Shown: positions 47,375-61,770, counted from the stretch's first letter. The stretch is DNA of 64,000 nucleotides from Callorhinchus milii (GCF_018977255.1 NW_024704749.1:19034001-19098000), one strand, 5' to 3'. Made by a program: numbers and translations. Notes: a model not told the origin generated them from the sequence alone.

Positions 47375-48456
47375 ACCACCCACCAGCCTCCCCCCCCCAC
47401 CACCAGCCTCCCCCCCCCCCACCACCAGCCTCCCCCCCCCACCACCAGCCTCCCCCCCCCACCACCAGCCTCCCCCCCCCACCAGCCTCCCCCCCCCACC
47501 AGCCTCCCCCCCCCCCACCAGCCTCCCCCCCCCCACCAGCCTCCCCCCCCCCCACCACCAGCCTCCCCCCCCCCCACCACCAGCCTCCCCCCCCCCCCAC
47601 CACCAGCCCCCCCCCCCCACCACCACCTCCCCCCCCCCCCACCAGCCTCCCCCCCCCCCCCCACCACCCCCCCCCCCACCACCAGCCTCCCCCCCCCCAC
47701 CACCAGCCTCCCCCCCCCACCACCAGCCTCCCCCCCCCCCACCACCAGCCTCCCCCCCCCCACCACCAGCCTCCCCCCCCCACCACCACCTCCCCCCCCC
47801 CCCACCACCTCCCCCCCCCCCACCAGCCTCCCCCCCCACCCCCCCCCCCCCCCCCCCCCACCAGCCTCCCCCCCCCCACCAGCCTCCCCCCCCCACCAGC
47901 CTCCCCCCCCCCACCAGCCTCCCCCCCCCCACCAGCCTCCCCCCCCCCACCAGCCTCCCCCCACCACCTCCCCCCCCCCACCAGCCTCCCCCCCCCCAGC
48001 CTCCCCCCCCCCCCCCCCCCCCCCCCCCCAGCCTCCCCCCCCCCCAGCCTCCCCCCCCCCCACCAGCCTCCCCCCCCCCACCAGCCTCCCCCCCCCACCA
48101 CCCCCCCCCCCCACCAGCCTCCCCCCCCCCCCACCCCCCCCCCCCCACCAGCCTCCCCCCCCCCCACCAGCCTCCCCCCCCCCCCACCAGCCTCCCCCCC
48201 CCCCACCAGCCTCCCCCCCCCCCACCAGCCTCCCCCCCCCCCACCCCCCCCCCCCACCAGCCTCCCCCCCCCCCCCTCCCCCCCCCCACCAGCCTCCCCC
48301 CCCCCACCAGCCTCCCCCCCCACCAGCCTCCCCCCCCCCACCAGCCTCCCCCCCCCCCCACCAGCCTCCCCCCCCCCCACCAGCCTCCCCCACCCCCCCC
48401 CACCACCCCCCCCCCCCCACCAGCCTCCCCCCCCCCACCAGCCTCCCCCCCCACCA
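47375..48456. repeat. C-rich minisatellite (ccaccagcct + poly-C), ~1.1 kb
   Basis: Dozens of accagcct(c)n units with variable C-run length. Confidence 0.95.
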
Positions 48457-49742
48457 CACATACACATAACTCGAATAAGTTCTCACTGTATTTTAGAGTA
48501 ATAACTGTTTTGCTCATGGACTCTTTTTTTCACAGGCACCAATGGTCCCAGACCAGTGCAGTACCGTTACACTGCGACTTCTAGTGTTTTGGTTAATGTC
48601 CTGGGCGCAATTCTCAAGTGGTATTTTTTTGGTTACAATTACTATTATTACTATGCAGTCGCTGTTTTGCTTAAAGGGTTGCAGGAGCTCTCGACATGTC
48701 TGCCCCAGTGGCTTTAAAAATGATGTTCCTCAGCTATTTTTGGCCGACACTGTCCAATTGAGGTTGTAAAACGTTTGTTTTCATTCTTGATTTTATTCCT
48801 AGAATGTCTGAATTTAATCAATACCAGGTGCTCGTGTAGTTTTAGCCACCTGCCATCAGGGCTCAGTTGTTGCCAGGAAATCGAGAGTGTTTTACATAAA
48901 GCAACCTTATTCTCTTTTTAATAGACTTTTGCACTTATCCACAAAAACTGATTGTAAGAGAAGGGTTGTGTATTATTGCAAAGAGTGGTGCAATGCTGTA
49001 TTAGATTTTAAAATCGATACCGCATTTTGATATTCCCTCCTATGTAATAGCAGTTTAGTGCTGTTTAAAATATGAATGAAACTTACCGAGTTATCCAATA
49101 GCATTTGTTGAAAAAAATAAAGTGAATCCACTCTGAGCAGCAATGTTAGCTGACTCTGCCCTCCCCTCCGAAATAACTGTTCCAAGTAATTTCCTCCATT
49201 CTTGTGCTGGAAATGCCCCAAATAGGTTGTGACTGTTCAGGGAGTTGAAGGAAGCAATTAATGACTGGAAGTACAGTAATGAGTTGCTTTCTGCTTTTTG
49301 AATTCTTGTCTCGTCTTTTCATTGTGTTGCCTCTCGCACATTGGATACATTTGTTGGTCCTGATAATAACCGTAATTAAAGCAAGAGTCCTCTAATAGGT
49401 CTCAGCAGTCGTTGCTCAGACGAGCTGTGTGTCTGTTCCTCTCGTTGCTTGATGGAACAATGGAAAACATAGCTGTGTGGTCCTGATCTAAACCACGCAA
49501 TGTTACCAGAACAAGGTGCCAAGTGGAAGGGAATGAGATGCATGTATTTCCCACAGAGGGAACAATCTGAGGCTGATTCAATCAGTGCGACTGTCATACA
49601 ACACTTGTGAGACATTAGTTACCGTGTTCAATTTTATTCCTGATCAATGTAAGTATTGCCAGTTTCTGCTCAATACCGTTTGCTGTGAAGCAAATTGCTG
49701 AGCTGGAGTAAGAATGTTCTGTATTTTTGATTTCTTTCCAGT

Positions 49743-49859
49743 ATGACGGTAGCTAAATGGAGTTCCAAAGGTGTTTGCGGCTGGGATGCAGCTATTTACG
49801 TGCACTACCTGATCACGGTTGCATTATTTGTTGAAAATCTTGCTGTCATTGCCGTACAA
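49743..49859 (+). CDS. ADAMTSL2: ADAMTSL2 first coding exon (signal peptide-like)
   Basis: Acceptor tttctttccag just before ATG, hydrophobic stretch YLITVALFVENLAVIA, phase 0 donor gtaagt. Confidence 0.7.
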
Positions 49860-51409
49860 GTAAGTCATTTCTATTTTTGGGATGTGAAAGGCGTTTTACA
49901 AATGTAATATTGTAGTTGTTTACGGGGAGATATTGTGCAGTAATGTGTTCTGTTTCTGTGAACTGTTTGTATTAAGACTGAAATGTGCTGCACAATACAG
50001 GTGCTGTTCCTTTCTGTGAAAATGTGGTTTATGAAGCCAATGCACAATGTCACAAGATCTCCTGTTTAACTTCTGTCCTGATTTTCTGTAACCACTGCCC
50101 CCTCAACTAGAGACCGGAGAGTAAACCTCACTCCACAGTTTTCAGGCTGATTTGCAGATTATTATTAAGGAGCTGGTGACCTGTAGGGCAAGTATTTTCA
50201 GATACCTCCACATTGGGGGATATTTTGACTGGATCCTCCACCACTGTGGATGATGTGCTACAACCGTCTGTGCTTTATTGCTGCTTGCTGATGACCTTGT
50301 CACCCCATCATGGCATTTTCGAGAAAGATTTTATCCTTTGCTTCAAGATCTTAGTCTTCTGCAAGTTGCATTAATGTGATTTTTTTAAAAAAACCTTAGC
50401 AAATTCCAAAATGCAACCTATTCTAATTCTGTCATGCCAAGAATTTGTCTTGTTTTTTTATAAATGAAATTATTGTTTTATTAAGAGTGGGTGTGGGACA
50501 GCAACACGTATTTTTTCCTGCTTTAGTGCTTCATGTTGTGTTCACTTTCCTCCATCCCAGTGGGAAGTGCCTCCCAGACAGATGTGGAATTCAGTGTTTG
50601 TGGGACAGTACAGGAAAGCTCGCCAGCTGCTTTTATTGAAATTAAAATGAGGCGGTAATCTGCTTACAGTGGGTGGCATGATGGTGACTGGGTTTGTGTC
50701 TGGTCCCAGGTCTGTTTATGAGGTTACGTGTTATTGTGAGTGCACTAGTTATTTGGCACAATCTTACCTGCCAAAGTATCCTCACATTCTGCCTGCATAG
50801 CGCACTGCCGATTAACACAAAATGGCAAAAGCCCGACATTAATATAACGTGTCCACGATGGGATTCAGTGTTTTTGAAACCAGATCTTTGTTTAGCCTTT
50901 GTCTGTAGTTCTATGAGATGCCTAGTTAGATGTCTGCTGAAGTTAGTGTTGTGCATGTCCGTTGGGCACAGTGCCCAGCCCCAGCTGTGCCCTGCGGGAC
51001 ACTTGTTTCTGTTGGTTTTTGCAGACGACTAATAAACAACAATTTTTGCAACTTAATAGAAGGGAGGATGGGCGCAGTCGTCTGGGAGAGTATTTGTTCT
51101 TCATGGTGTAACTTTATTTACACTTAATGCAATTTGGTACAAACCAGAAACCGCTTTCATGTTGAACGCCAGAAGCTGTGTGCAGCTAGAGGAGGAATTT
51201 GTAGCCATTTGAAAGCTCCTGCAGTTTTTGCTGTCCTCTGTTCCTCACGTGTTTACTGTTCAATGGCTTCTAAAACTGGGGAAGGGATGCTGCTCACTGC
51301 CCCCATCTTTGGTACGTGTTAAATTCAGCAAGCACCATTTCCCCCTCATCATCTTGAACATTTCAAAAGATTCACGACGGAATAGGGTTCAAAGGTACTT
51401 TCCTCTCAG

Positions 51410-51551
51410 CAGGAGGCCCAGGCATCCAATAGTTTAGAAGAAGCAGCGGACAACACTGCCTCCTGGTGGGGTGAATGGGCCAAATGGACAGGATGCACCG
51501 GACCTGCGGAGGTGGAGTGAAAACGCAAGAAAGGCACTGCTTACGGCAAAG
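51410..51551 (+). CDS. ADAMTSL2: ADAMTSL2 exon 3 (TSR1), with an apparent 1-nt deletion at ~51498
   Basis: SNSLEE..WWGEWAKWTGC[T-R]TCGGGVKTQERHCLRQR once one C is restored; tandem cagcag acceptor. Confidence 0.88.
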
Positions 51552-53208
51552 GTAGAGTGTTATAGTATTAGACTGGCACAGTGGGCAGGGGTGGGTTACA
51601 GTATAACAGACTGGCTGTAATGGGGCACCTTTCATTGGAGCATCTGTGGGCATGGCCTCTACCTCACAGTTCCAGTGTACTGTATATAGACTTATTTATT
51701 CCACACTGGACTGAGACAGCAGGTAGTTTGTTGCCACCCAAATTGTTTCCTTCTCACATTGCATGTTAATGTCTAGTTTGTTCTTTCCCTCCGTACTTAA
51801 AATACTACAATCCAGCTCCCCTGCTGTTGGGGAGAAGCGGAAGGGGGGGAGAGAGGAACTCGATGTCTAGCCTCACACATGAGTGGAATGTCCACTTTGT
51901 CTAGGTATTTGAGGGTGGCCGAACTGCTCCCAGCATAAGCCAACACCTTCAGCAGAGGAAGGGGAAATTGAAAGGAACAAGCTGAAATAGCAGAATTGAC
52001 ATTTATCCAACTCCGTAACTACAAACTGAAACTTTGTGGTACAATAGAAGAGCTGCACTCTGTCTGAATGTGGACTGTACTGCTTACTGCAGTCACACAG
52101 TCTGGAGCTACAAGGGGGCGTTGGCACTTTTCTCTATGCATGACTGAAGGAGAAAGAGGGGGATTGAGGACAGAGAAACTGATAAAGACAAATGTGTTTT
52201 AAAAACATAGTGACAAATGTTTATTTGTCCCTGTTTACATAGGGAAACAAAAATGACACACCCCTCCCCCATCCCTCCATTTAGAGAGGAGGGATGGTGA
52301 GCAGAAATGCGCCGAGTGTACATTCTAGGGAAAGCGAGAAACCTGACATTAATCCTTGCCAAAAAGATGTCTATCGTGCCAATCATTAATAAATAATTCT
52401 TGCATTTGACATGGCGCCTTTCACATTTGGAGGGCACCTAAATTGCTTCACAGGACCTACTGTAAAGTGTAGTTTGAAGTGATTGTACTTTGTAGGCAAA
52501 CTAACACTGGACACCAGAGATGAAACAAAATTCCTTTTCTCGGCATAAGATGAATCTAGCATATTCTAGGAGAGTTGGCAATTGTGTAATGTTTTTCTTA
52601 CATGGAAATAAATATTAATATTCTCAGTCACTATGCCCTCTCTCTGGAACTCTCTCTCCCCACCCCAAAAAAAACTCTCCTCTGCTTACAAAACTTTTCC
52701 ATCTTTTTGACCCTGCCATAGGTCAGCACCATCCTATTCCTGCCCCCAAGTCTCATCTTTTGTTTTGCAGAGAAGTTAGTACGTGGAATACCCTGTCTGG
52801 AGCAGTGGTTAAGTGCTTTGGGACGTCCTCCCAATGTGAAAGGCATTCCAGTCCATGTTCTTAGGACCCTCTGGCGTGAAGAGATATTTTATCGTCTTCC
52901 CCTTTCACCAGTAGCTCTAATTTTGAAGGTGTTTCTTCTTATCCAGGATTTCCCAACGAGAAGGGAATGGTCACTGACTATTGACTTTGTCAGTGCCCTT
53001 CACTATTTTTAAAATCTCAATCTGATCACTGCTCAAATTCCTGAACATGTATTAATCCACCTCTCTTCATTGTCCAGTCATATCATCTTGACAAATTCTC
53101 TCTGAATTTCCTCGGGTTGGGTGTGAAGTGGGTGATTTATATTGTGTGTACCAATATGCTACCGATGACCACAAAATCCTTTGATATAATGAATGCTTTG
53201 TTTGACAG

Positions 53209-53284
53209 GAAAACCACTATAACAAGAGCTGGCAACCAGACGTGTACAGGAACAGCCAAAAGATATCAACTCTGCGATGTTCAA
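53209..53284 (+). CDS. ADAMTSL2: ADAMTSL2 exon 4
   Basis: GNQTCTGTAKRYQLCDVQ. Confidence 0.92.
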
Positions 53285-56200
53285 GTAGGTGGGGGCACTA
53301 CTTACTGCTGGAATCTTAAGAAAGTCACTTTGGATTTGGTAATTTGAACTAGCACTGATAAACTAGCCGCAAGACTGTGGTTTTAAAAACCCCACTGGTT
53401 CATTAACGTCCTTAACAATGGCCAACAATAATACTTGCATTTATGTAGCGCTCTTCACGCAGCGCATGGTTGACTTTTTGGCAGGGTCAGCTGGGTGTCT
53501 GATGCGTGTGGAAACCCATCACCCTTCTTAAAAGTATCCAAACTGAAAAATCCGTGCATTCCACCTACACGAGGAGATTTAAGAGATGTTTGGTGAGCCT
53601 GGCGGGGGGCTGCATCGTCTACCTATTGCCACCAAGTGGTGCTGTTACTTTAAAAACGGTGACAAATGGGTCCTGCAGTTCGTGCATTCCTGTTTGAAAT
53701 ACCGGAGATGTACTGAAATCCACTCCAGTGCTGTTTTAAGTTCATTCTAAACAATAGCACAACGACCCTCTGGGTCAGAAAGTTGTGGGTTCCAGCCCCA
53801 TGTTGGGACTTGGGCTCGCAATCCACACTGGCCCACTCCAGTGCAGTACCAGGGGCTGCTCAGTTTTGTAACGGTGCAGAGGCTTTGTCCACCTGTTTGG
53901 CTGTAAATTGTAGACCCCATAATGTTATTGAAAAAGTGATGGGAATTTTCCCCAGTGTCCTGGCTGGCAATTTATTCCTATATATTCCTTATCACACCTG
54001 TATTTCTGTTGGTGGGTTGAGGCAGGCTTTGTTTCAGTTACTGGTTAACAGAAGCAATGCAGAGCAAGGTTCCTAGCCAGGGCATTTTAGGACACTCTGG
54101 ACCTGTTGCCAGCCTTATTATTAGCAGAGTGAAGTTGCTCAAAAATGTACTAATGTTTCCTACTAATGAAACCTGAGTATTGAGCATAAACACAGATTTG
54201 ACCATTTCATCTAAAATTGTAATAATGGTTTGCCTCTGCCAGCAATACTCCAGTTGCCCTTGTTATTTCAATTCATCTTATTACAAATCTATCAAACAGA
54301 ATCCAGTTTAGGACACTCTGATCTGTTTCTCTCTCTGTTCCAGGCCTCACTTTTTAAAACCTTGCTTGTGTTTTGGAAGCTGATCTTTGTTTGCATGCAA
54401 TTAAACTTGTTGCTGAAGGCCATGGCTCATTTAACAGCAGCACAATCACATTGAAGCAACCCCTGATCCAGTGCTGTAGTGCTGTTTGTTGAGATAAACC
54501 ATTGAAGGATGAGCTGCTTCCACAGAGCTCTGCAATCTGCTCCTGTGGGCCTTACCTCCCTCTGTCATTGTCCTGAGGGAAAGTTCTGTGCCAGACGCTC
54601 TCTGATCCTGATTGTTTATTAAGCAAAACTTAATATTCATAAAATGTTTCAGCCTGAAAATGGGCCATTTCACCCATAGAGTATGCGGTGGTGTTTTTCT
54701 CCACCTGAGGCCCTTAATCTACTCCCCCTCTCATGTTCGCTTCCTATATTCTTTACTCTTCCTCTCGCATTTGAAAGAATTGATAAGCTTTGTTTTATTT
54801 TCTGGGTTGTGGCAGAATTCTAATGTTTCAATTACTCTCTGTGTAAATGTCCATTGAATAACATCCCCTTTAATTATTTTTGTGATTATTCCCTTCGCGC
54901 CTGTTTGTGGGACGTTGCAGTGCGTAAATTGGCTGCTGCATTCGCCCACAAAATAGTCACAGCGCTTTACAGTTAATCCTGTAAAATTCTTTGAGACATC
55001 CTCCCAATATAAAAGGCAATGTATTAAATGTAAAGTTTGTGCCTCGTGTTGGCTTGCTGCCCAGTGTAAGTTAGTTACTTGCAGTGTACATTATTGAATG
55101 GTCCTTTATAATTCTGAAGACTCTTGTCAGGTCATCTTTAACCATCCTTGACTTTCTTGTGAACAAAAATCCCTAATCTCTCTCAACTCAACTGGTCTGT
55201 GCTGCTAGCACAGAATTGGATGTGATGTGCATATTTGAAGGGCTGGGCAATGTTTTGTCCTGTAGCATTTTGGTTAGAGTACTCGCCTCGCAAGCGAGAG
55301 GACCTGGGTTTGATTCCCAGGCAGGATGAAACCTGAGGCTAGTTTCTTTATTCCACAAGCCTCTGCTTACCTAGAAGTAAATAGGAAAGATTTGAGACGT
55401 CTCAACGATGTGATAAGGTGCTATATCAAATGCAAGTATTACTATTATTATTAATACTTGGACAAAATCCTTCTCCCTTCCCAGAAACATAAGGAATTGT
55501 TGTACCCCTGGGTAGTTGATCACCTCTGCCTTCTCCAAGCTGCGTGTTATCTCCTCTCCAGCTATTGCTTTTGAAGGAGTTAATCATTGCAGCATTAGCT
55601 GCTTTTCCTGAGTCTTCCATCAATTTCCTAGAATCTGTGGGTCTGTATATTTAAGAACCTCAGCAGCGTGAACTTAATGGACCCTTCATTGTAAAACCAC
55701 AACAAAGAGCCCTATTTTTAGCAATCGGCATATGCTAGACTTTCCTCTTCAGCGCATCTCCAGAATTCTTGCCTACTGACAGCAAGCAAGGCAGAATTGG
55801 ATGCTAATGGCTTTGATAATATGTGCTGCTGAATAAAATGGCAAAAAGTGCCTGCAGCCCTCATGAGACACAGGTCTCGGCACCCATGTTGACATACTGT
55901 GAGGAAACGGAGTCCAGCCAGCTGGTATTCTGTATTCTACGGGAAAGCTTATAAGTCTGTTCTGCACATAAATGAATGTTTTAGACCGTTCGAGACAGTA
56001 TAATGAAATACTAATAATCCTTACATTTGATGTAGTGCCTTTGATGTTTCAAACAGCTTTACAAAATATACTTTAAAATGGAGTGACTGTGCAGTGTGTG
56101 GGCGACTGTATTAGGCAATTTATGCACAACATTGTCCTACAAACAGCTATGAAGTGAATGACTATTTTTATTTGGAGTATTGATGGCCAAGAAACTAGGA

Positions 56201-57257
56201 AAAATGCTCACTTCTTTCAATCAGTGCCATGGAATCGTTAACATCCACTTGAAAAGGCAGGCAGGACCTCAGTTTAACATGTCATCCATACGGCAGCACC
56301 TCCAAGAATCCAGCACACCCCCAGCACTGTACTGGAGTGTTAGCCTAGACTGCATGAGTTTCAACTTCTGACGTGGGGCTTGAATGATTTTGACTTGAAT
56401 GACCTTCTGACTTTGAAGTGAAAGTGCTATCAACTGAGTCAGGCTGACATGCAAGTAAATGGACAGACACCTCATCCTAGGAAGGAGGGTTTAGAGAAGA
56501 ATTCATTCAGATGATGCAGGATATGAGATAATATCCATACAGTGAAAGTGTTTAATTCGGGGCTTTTTCCAATGGAGTTGAGTTTGAGAGGGATATGAAT
56601 TCTAGATATGAATTCTAATTCATTAGAATTCATTGTCACAAATTACTATTGAAGCCAGATCAATAAAATCATTCAAAAGGGAACTTTAAAAGCATTACAG
56701 CAGCTAATTATTTAAGGGATATGTGGGAGAAGAGCGGGAAAGTGAGATTAATAATACAGGCACAGTCTGCCACTTTCAGGATGAGTTATCCACAGACATG
56801 GGGTCAATTTCCCCATGTAGGCAGATGATGCCCAAAACTACTTCATCTCCTTCAGCTACAACCCTAGGTCCATCATATTCTGTTTACTTCTCGTCAGACA
56901 TCAAGGGCTGGGTGAACACAAATGTTCTGCCACTGAATGTTGACAAAACAGAAGCAGTCCTCCTTGAGTCCTGTCAATAGCTTCTCACCTGCAGTTCCTA
57001 CTTCCTCAGCCTTCCTAGCCTATCCCGCTTACCCGTATTCTCCCTATAACTCCACTATCTGCATGAAGGTTATATAAAGGCAAGTTTTGAGTCTGTTATT
57101 CATTCACTCTAGTCTGTTATACTCTTGCTCTCAGGACGAGATTGTTAAAACTGTTATATAGTCTCTCTGTATGACACTCAATATACAGGATATCTGCTGA
57201 TTTAATAATAATTCTGATTTTACACTGGAAACATGATTGTTATGTTACCTGGTTCAG

Positions 57258-57360
57258 GAGTGTCCACCGAATGGGCGCAGCTTTCGTGATGAGCAGTGTT
57301 CATCATTCAACTCCCGTGTGTATAATGGATGGACGTATCAATGGAAACCACTGTACCCAG
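57258..57360 (+). CDS. ADAMTSL2: ADAMTSL2 exon 5
   Basis: [27 protein letters not shown]. Confidence 0.93.
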
Positions 57361-58551
57361 GTGAGGCGAGGAGCCATTTGTTGCATTGTCGGCGTGCTTT
57401 TTTACAGTAAGTAGTAATGCACGAGAAAGCATGCATTTGTGGTGATCTTTAGTGCCTGTGGGACTGCACGAGTACAAGAAGTTGCAGTCCTTTAATTCCC
57501 AGAACTCTGAGCTCTTTTGTTCCGTTAACACTTGTGTCAGTTCTCATTGAAATTCTATGTGTTCTGTTGGTTGGGAATCTGAACAAAACGGTGAAAGTGT
57601 TGAAAGTCAGCAGCATCTTTTACCTTTGCCCATATTCCAGTAAACTATATTTTTAGCAAGAGGGTTAATTTCCTTACGTTAAATGGGCTGAAGAGCGTTC
57701 TTCATATCGCACGTGTGATCCTGGGACATGTTAGAAAGGATAAAGGCTACACAATTATTTCTACACTGTAGATTAATTATTTATTTGAAACCGGTTTTCC
57801 TTCTAGTAGTGTTTGCTGTAGACTGTAGAGCTGTTCCACAGCAACTACAAAGTTGCCCAACAACAACAAACTATTTATATAGGACGTCCCCGCAACAGGC
57901 AGCACAACACAGGGTTATCGTTTAAGCTCCACTCCTTGCTCCCCACCAGCCCAGGGCTTTGCCTGAAAACTGTCCTTCAGCCCATTGTATTTTGAATGTG
58001 AACACTGCACGGTAATGCCAAGTGCAGCTCCGTCAGAGTCGGCGTTCTGTGTTACCGATTATCTTTGAGTTTCAGTTCAAAGGGCAGATTAATTGTGAAG
58101 CTATATCAAATGCAAGGATTATTATTATTAAGTCTGAGGTCTGTGGCTTCAGAGAGGGTTATTCTCTGTATTTGCACTCGGCCAACATTGAGAGGAATAT
58201 CAGAGGTTGAAGTGCCTCTGAAACCAAGTGCATGGTTCAGGTGTCGAGCCATGGCACAATGAAGTGCTGCAGTTCAGACTTGTAGTGTGCAAGATGCGTA
58301 TGGTAAATTAGTAGGATGTGGTAAAATTAATAGGAACAGGAGGAGGCCATTTGTCCCATTGAGTCTGTCTCACCAGTTTATTTAGATCCCACAGATCTTT
58401 TAATCCCACTTCCCTGCCTTTTCTCCAAATCTACTTAATAAGATTACTTTCCAATCTGTTACCCTTTTAAGCTTTCCAATTGATCCCGCCTCTACGGCCT
58501 CCTCGCCTCCACATTCTCATCACTCTTTTTTTTTCACGTGTTGTCTTGCAG

Positions 58552-58697
58552 ATGATTATGTGCACATTTCAAGCAAGCCTTGTGACCTTCAGTGTACCAC
58601 AACGGATGGACAGCGGCAGCTAATGGTTCCAGCACGAGATGGAACGTCTTGTAAATACAAGGCATACCGAGGCGTGTGCGTCACAGGCAGATGTGAG
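58552..58697 (+). CDS. ADAMTSL2: ADAMTSL2 exon 6 (Cys-rich domain)
   Basis: [44 protein letters not shown]. Confidence 0.95.
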
Positions 58698-58785
58698 GTT
58701 GTGAATGTAATCGCAATACACATTCCTTTTGTCAGTCCTGCGAATACTGTGACCGCTCCTGATACATACCATCTCTGCCCTGCAG

Positions 58786-58909
58786 CCCATTGGATGCGAT
58801 GGGGTGCTCTTTTCCACCCAAACGTTGGATAAGTGTGGCGTGTGTGAGGGCAATGGGAGCAGCTGTATACGGATTACCGGCAACTACAGGAAAGGAGCAT
58901 CTCAACTGG
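58786..58909 (+). CDS. ADAMTSL2: ADAMTSL2 exon 7
   Basis: [34 protein letters not shown]. Confidence 0.95.
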
Positions 58910-59226
58910 GTAAGAATGCAGCCGTTGCTCTAATTTTAAGCTGAGTGAGTGTACAGTACCCTGCCCGGGTCGGGGATGGGGTCTTTGAGGTTTCTGAGCA
59001 GTTCTGTTTTAGAACAACCAGATCTGCCCTATGAGTCTTGTGAGGGCAGACATGAGGGTTTGGTGCTGTGGGTGGGAGAGGGTGCGGGTGGTGCTGTGTT
59101 GCTGTGTACCGGGGGAGAGGATGGACGGATGGACAGACTGGCTACATGTCGCTATTTTCAGTTCTCTGTGCTGTAGAGTATTTGGCTTCACTGACTCATG
59201 TGAAAATGCATCACCCGGTTTCCTAG

Positions 59227-59307
59227 GTTACTCCCTCATAACGCACATCCCAGCTGGTGCCACAGATATCCAGATAATCGAGAGAAGGAAATCAGGCGAT
59301 GTTTTAG
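59227..59307 (+). CDS. ADAMTSL2: ADAMTSL2 exon 8 (spacer)
   Basis: [27 protein letters not shown]. Confidence 0.95.
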
Positions 59308-60605
59308 GTACGTAGAATTTGTTTCCGCTGTCCAAGTCTGCTGCCTAATCCAATCCGCCCACTCCCCCACGCCAATTACTATTCAAGCATGCTCTTCAAG
59401 CTTCGAGCTATTGCCTTTTAAAGGAATCGGTGGGCTCAGCAACACTGAGGCAGACATTCCAACCACCCTCTGTGTAAAGATTTCAAAAACATTTGATGAT
59501 TATCGTATGATTTGCAGTACTATTTCAGATTGTAACTGTTTCTAGCTTGGCTCCATGACTCTTGTCGGACACTGTTGTGAGCACTTGGCCTCCGAGTTTC
59601 GCCCGCAAAATGCAGTCAATCCACTTTACAATAAATTCTGTGAAGCGCTTTATGATGTTTCAGCGACATGATAAGGTGCTATATTAAATGCAAGGATTAT
59701 TACTATTATTGGATCTTCTTGTAACTGTCGCACTTCATGAGATCACAAGATTGATTTGGATGAAGAAGTCCCTATAGCCCACTGAATCTCTTCCCTTCAG
59801 AATACCTACCGTACCGTACTGCCACCAGAGTATCAAGCTGCTTTTTAAACGAGTCTTGGCCTCAACCACCCTTCCTGGCAATCTGTTCAAGTCTAATTAC
59901 TTGCTGAGTAAAAAAACATCCTGAAATTGCCTTTTTAAACTCTAAAACTGTGTCCTCTTGTTCTGCTGTCTTGGTGCATCCTGGGTTTACTTTACTTTCA
60001 ATCCAGTTTAACATTTATATACCCTCTATGGGTTACTTTCTATGAAGAATGAAGAGCCCTAGCTTTGGGTCAGAAGTTTGTGGGTTGTTCAAACCCATGT
60101 CAGGGATTATGATCTCAGAATCCAACCTGATATTTCAGTGCAGTACTGAGTAGAGCACTAAATTGTTGGAGATGCTGTCCTTCAGATTAGATGTTAAACT
60201 GAGTTCCTATCTGTGCCTCTTCAGGTGGATATTAAAGATCTTGTGCTGCTATTGGAATAAAGAGAAGGCCGTTCCTTCCGGGGTGTTGGCCAACAATCCT
60301 CCAGATAAAATGGTTATTCACTTCACCTGTTGATGGACCCTTGCTGGAGCATACGGCTGAACATTTGATTCTTAAAAAAACATTTACTGCACTAGTAACA
60401 GCAATTAGCTATTAAGTGGTTTGGGATGTTTTAAAGTTCTAGGCAATGTATCAAATATAGTGATTATTAATGTATGTAGCTAGGCAGTATATACATTCTC
60501 ACCCCTAGATCAGAGTATGCCATTGTTGGTGCTATTCTCATCCATACTTCAGTGTGCCAATAGCTGGAGTGATTTCCATTTTGTTTCCCTTTAACCCATT
60601 TGCAG

Positions 60606-60781
60606 CTATCGCTGACGAGTCCGGTACCTTCTTTGTCAACGGCAATTTTAAAGTAGACGGCCCGAGGAATTTCCACCTGGCTGACACAGTGTTCAAATAC
60701 AGGCGGCCGACGGACGTTTACGAGACAGGGATTGAATACATCGTCGCTCAAGGGCCCACCAGTCGGGGACTTAACATCCTG
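60606..60781 (+). CDS. ADAMTSL2: ADAMTSL2 exon 9 (spacer)
   Basis: [45 protein letters not shown]. Confidence 0.95.
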
Positions 60782-61433
60782 GTATACCTTTCACTAACTG
60801 CCGAATGTTTCTGCAGTGCCCCAGAGGGTGGTGTGGGATTGCTTTTCCTTTCCTTTACTCTGAGACTGATCATTTGATCTTTTCCTACATTCCTTTATAA
60901 GCTTTAAGAAAACATGTAGAGTAACTGTAGCATTGCCACTTGTAAGATCACGTTTAACCCCTCTGTCCAGTTTGATTTTAGAGTTTGTGCCCCATTATTG
61001 ATTTGTTTTTATTATTTTTTTATTATTCTTTTGTCCTACTTAAACATCAGCCTGTCGACCCACTAGTGGCTAACCAAAAAAAAAGACCAAAAGAATAGTC
61101 AGGTACGTTTTGAGATGTTCCTTGAAGGAGGGAGGGAGCGAGCACCTGGAAATGGAGTTCTGGAGAGCTGACACCAAAAGGCTGAATGGTGGTGGGGTCG
61201 ATTAAAAATACAATTTACATTTCTATAATGCCTTTCACATCAGGGGAACATCTCAAATTCAGTCTTAATTTGGAAGCGGTTTCTTTTAAGAGATACAGAA
61301 AAAAGACTTTAAAGGTTTAAAACAGATAGAATTTCAGACTTATGATGCTTTAATTTTCTTTGAAATGTTCTCAGTTCTGCTGCAGTTGGGTTCATTCATT
61401 ATCTAATCAGCATTGTTTGCATTGCTTTCTTAG

Positions 61434-61770
61434 TTATTAATTCAAAGTGGGAAGAGACCTTATATTACCTATGAGTTCACAGTCCCTCGGAGCCCTGAAT
61501 TCAAGCACCTTCAGCCCTCTGTGGATGCCTATTATTACATGCCGGGAGCAGATTCTCACAGCAGTGAAAATGACGGTGAACTCATTGTCGAAGGCTGTGA
61601 CTTGGAGAGCAATCGGACTTTCAACGGAAAACCATCCAAGGAAATCACAGAGAGCGCTAACCAGGTGCTGGAGAAGATGAGGAGCCTGGATGAGTTTGAT
61701 GTCAGCAAGTCTCAGGATAGCAATGCCATTTATGGTGAAGCAGAAACTCCAGACAAAGAGCAAGTGGGAG
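61434..61770 (+). CDS. ADAMTSL2: ADAMTSL2 exon 10
   Basis: QSGKRPYITYEFTVP then acidic linker; tag / gtatgt; phase 0-1. Confidence 0.85.

Noticed and set aside
47271-48584. Long Pro-rich and Gly-rich ORFs in several frames
   Set aside because: Artefacts of the stop-free C-rich minisatellite in an intron
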